DNA of 63,933 nucleotides, counting the filler, from Octopus bimaculoides (lineage: Eukaryota), in NCBI RefSeq assembly GCF_001194135.2. It is 4 parts of 4 records of this genome, joined end to end, with 100 filler letters (N's around TTAATTAATTAA, not from the genome) between each part and the next. Parts side by side here need not be neighbours in the genome. Positions count along the whole stretch, not along the records: positions 62,646 to 63,933 come from NW_026352576.1; 3 more parts are not named here. One strand, 5' to 3'. The number at the start of each line of letters is the position of its first letter. Within the stretch, counting starts at the first letter, position 1. The translations under genes and the position numbers were made by a program. This document shows positions 62,546-63,933 of this stretch, piece after piece. The notes under the pieces were generated by a model, which did not search any database, was not told the DNA's origin, and saw only the letters and a program-made list of their open reading frames with translations.

Positions 62546-63933
62546 NNNNNNNNNNNNNNNNNNNNNNNNNNNNNNNNNNNNNNNNNNNNTTAATTAATTA
62601 ANNNNNNNNNNNNNNNNNNNNNNNNNNNNNNNNNNNNNNNNNNNNTGGAGTTTGGTACACTTTTACGTCGTAGCTGAAATAGTTTTCTTATAATAAATGA
62701 TTCGTGTGAACAACCTTACAGTCGGCTGAATACATATAAGCTGTAGCGGAACAACAATAAACAAAAATGTTATATATAATATTTACAAGTTTTGGCTGAA
62801 TGTAACTCGTCATGTAGTTGTCAAGATGAGGAGTTTGTCAGGTATGAAATTAATCCTCAGGAAATTTGGCATATTTCAGTACGTTGAGATAATCTTAAAT
62901 TTCATTCTGTTGTAGACAGGAGCAGGATGTCACATAATGATTATCATCTTGTTATTTGTATATAAGTTTATTCGATAAAATAAGTTTGTTCAATGAAATA
63001 AGTTTGTTCCATGAAGTAACTGTGTTAAATGAAATAAGGATAAAATAAGAATGAAAGCAGTACAATGGAGGAAAGATATCTTCAACGGAATATAACAAAG
63101 TACCAGCGCCTTCTTTACTTATCAAAAAGTAACTGACTGACATAAGGTCTGTTTACCGTTTCTATAATAATGTTGATTATCTAATTGATAACGGCAATAA
63201 TTTTCAGGACTACAAAGTGTTTGAGAAGACTGATTGTTAAAGAGTAAAATTTCATTACATCGTACTGAATACACCTGAGCTTCTCTTTCTTATTCGCTTT
63301 CGTAGTAAACTATATAATTTCGGCTCTACAACACATAATACTTAATAGTGGNNNNNNNNNNTAGTAAACTATATAATTTCGGCTCTACAACACATAATAC
63401 TTAATAGTGGTGCAGTGTAAGAGCGTACCATTGGATGTAAGTCTCATATAATGCCACTCTAATGCATAAAACCGCAAATAGTTCNNNNNNNNNNTGTAAG
63501 TCTCATATAATGCCACTCTAATGCATAAAACCGCAAATAGTTCGTAATGTTTCACATGGAACTTTTGCGTACAATGGCGATATTACAGAATGCTAACGAA
63601 ACAATTGTAACGTGTAATAAAACGTGGTAAACGTGTTGTTTGTTGTCTTATTGCGATTACACTCTACTCTTCGCTGGGCCCATATATGGAACTTACCGGC
63701 GTCTTGCCTACCTTTTCCACATCGACCGAATTTCAATAGCCCTTGACACTCAACTTGAAGATTGTACATAGCCACAAGCTTGACTTGAGTATTGTATTGG
63801 AAATACCCCAATCGTCTGCTTCTTTAGAGACAAACCATAATATTTTGTTGTATTTATACCTGAGAAGTTGTCAGCGAATGTGATGTGTCATTTCATAACA
63901 ACAAGTATAAATATATATATATATATATATATA

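Noticed and set aside
62790-62841. Cys-rich candidate exon LAECNSSCSCQDEEFV
   Set aside because: Weak acceptor, cysteine spacing does not fit the ENaC C.CP.PC motif, and it lies beyond a linker.

Overview
Eukaryotic (animal) draft-assembly DNA: AT-rich, packed with microsatellites, heavily gapped. It was stitched from at least four segments by artificial TTAATTAATTAA linkers at 24022, 44666 and 62590. The tRNA-headed SINE families and microsatellite load look like an octopus/cephalopod genome (inference from pattern recall, no database search). Nearly all ORFs in the supplied track are microsatellite, N-gap or transposon artefacts. The only host gene I can support is a plus-strand DEG/ENaC (ASIC/FaNaC-like) channel subunit with three clear exons (28046-28210, 30153-30277, 42781-42837); its other exons are not visible. 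The rest is mobile DNA: three SINE families, CR1-like, RTE, R4/Dong and Penelope retroelement fragments, two full-length decayed mariners, MITEs, Helentron-like elements and a 163-bp solo LTR. The most interesting signal is RNA-structural. There is one near-canonical type I hammerhead ribozyme (8727-8830) inside a direct-repeat unit. Three unrelated repeat families also each carry a minimal hammerhead-topology fold with a non-canonical core (29.4/29.9 kb, 38.6 kb, 41.9/47.6 kb), suggesting a retrozyme/Penelope-pLTR-like system. Also notable are a LINE-SINE shared 3' stem-loop with compensatory changes and a circularly permuted LINE fragment with terminal redundancy.
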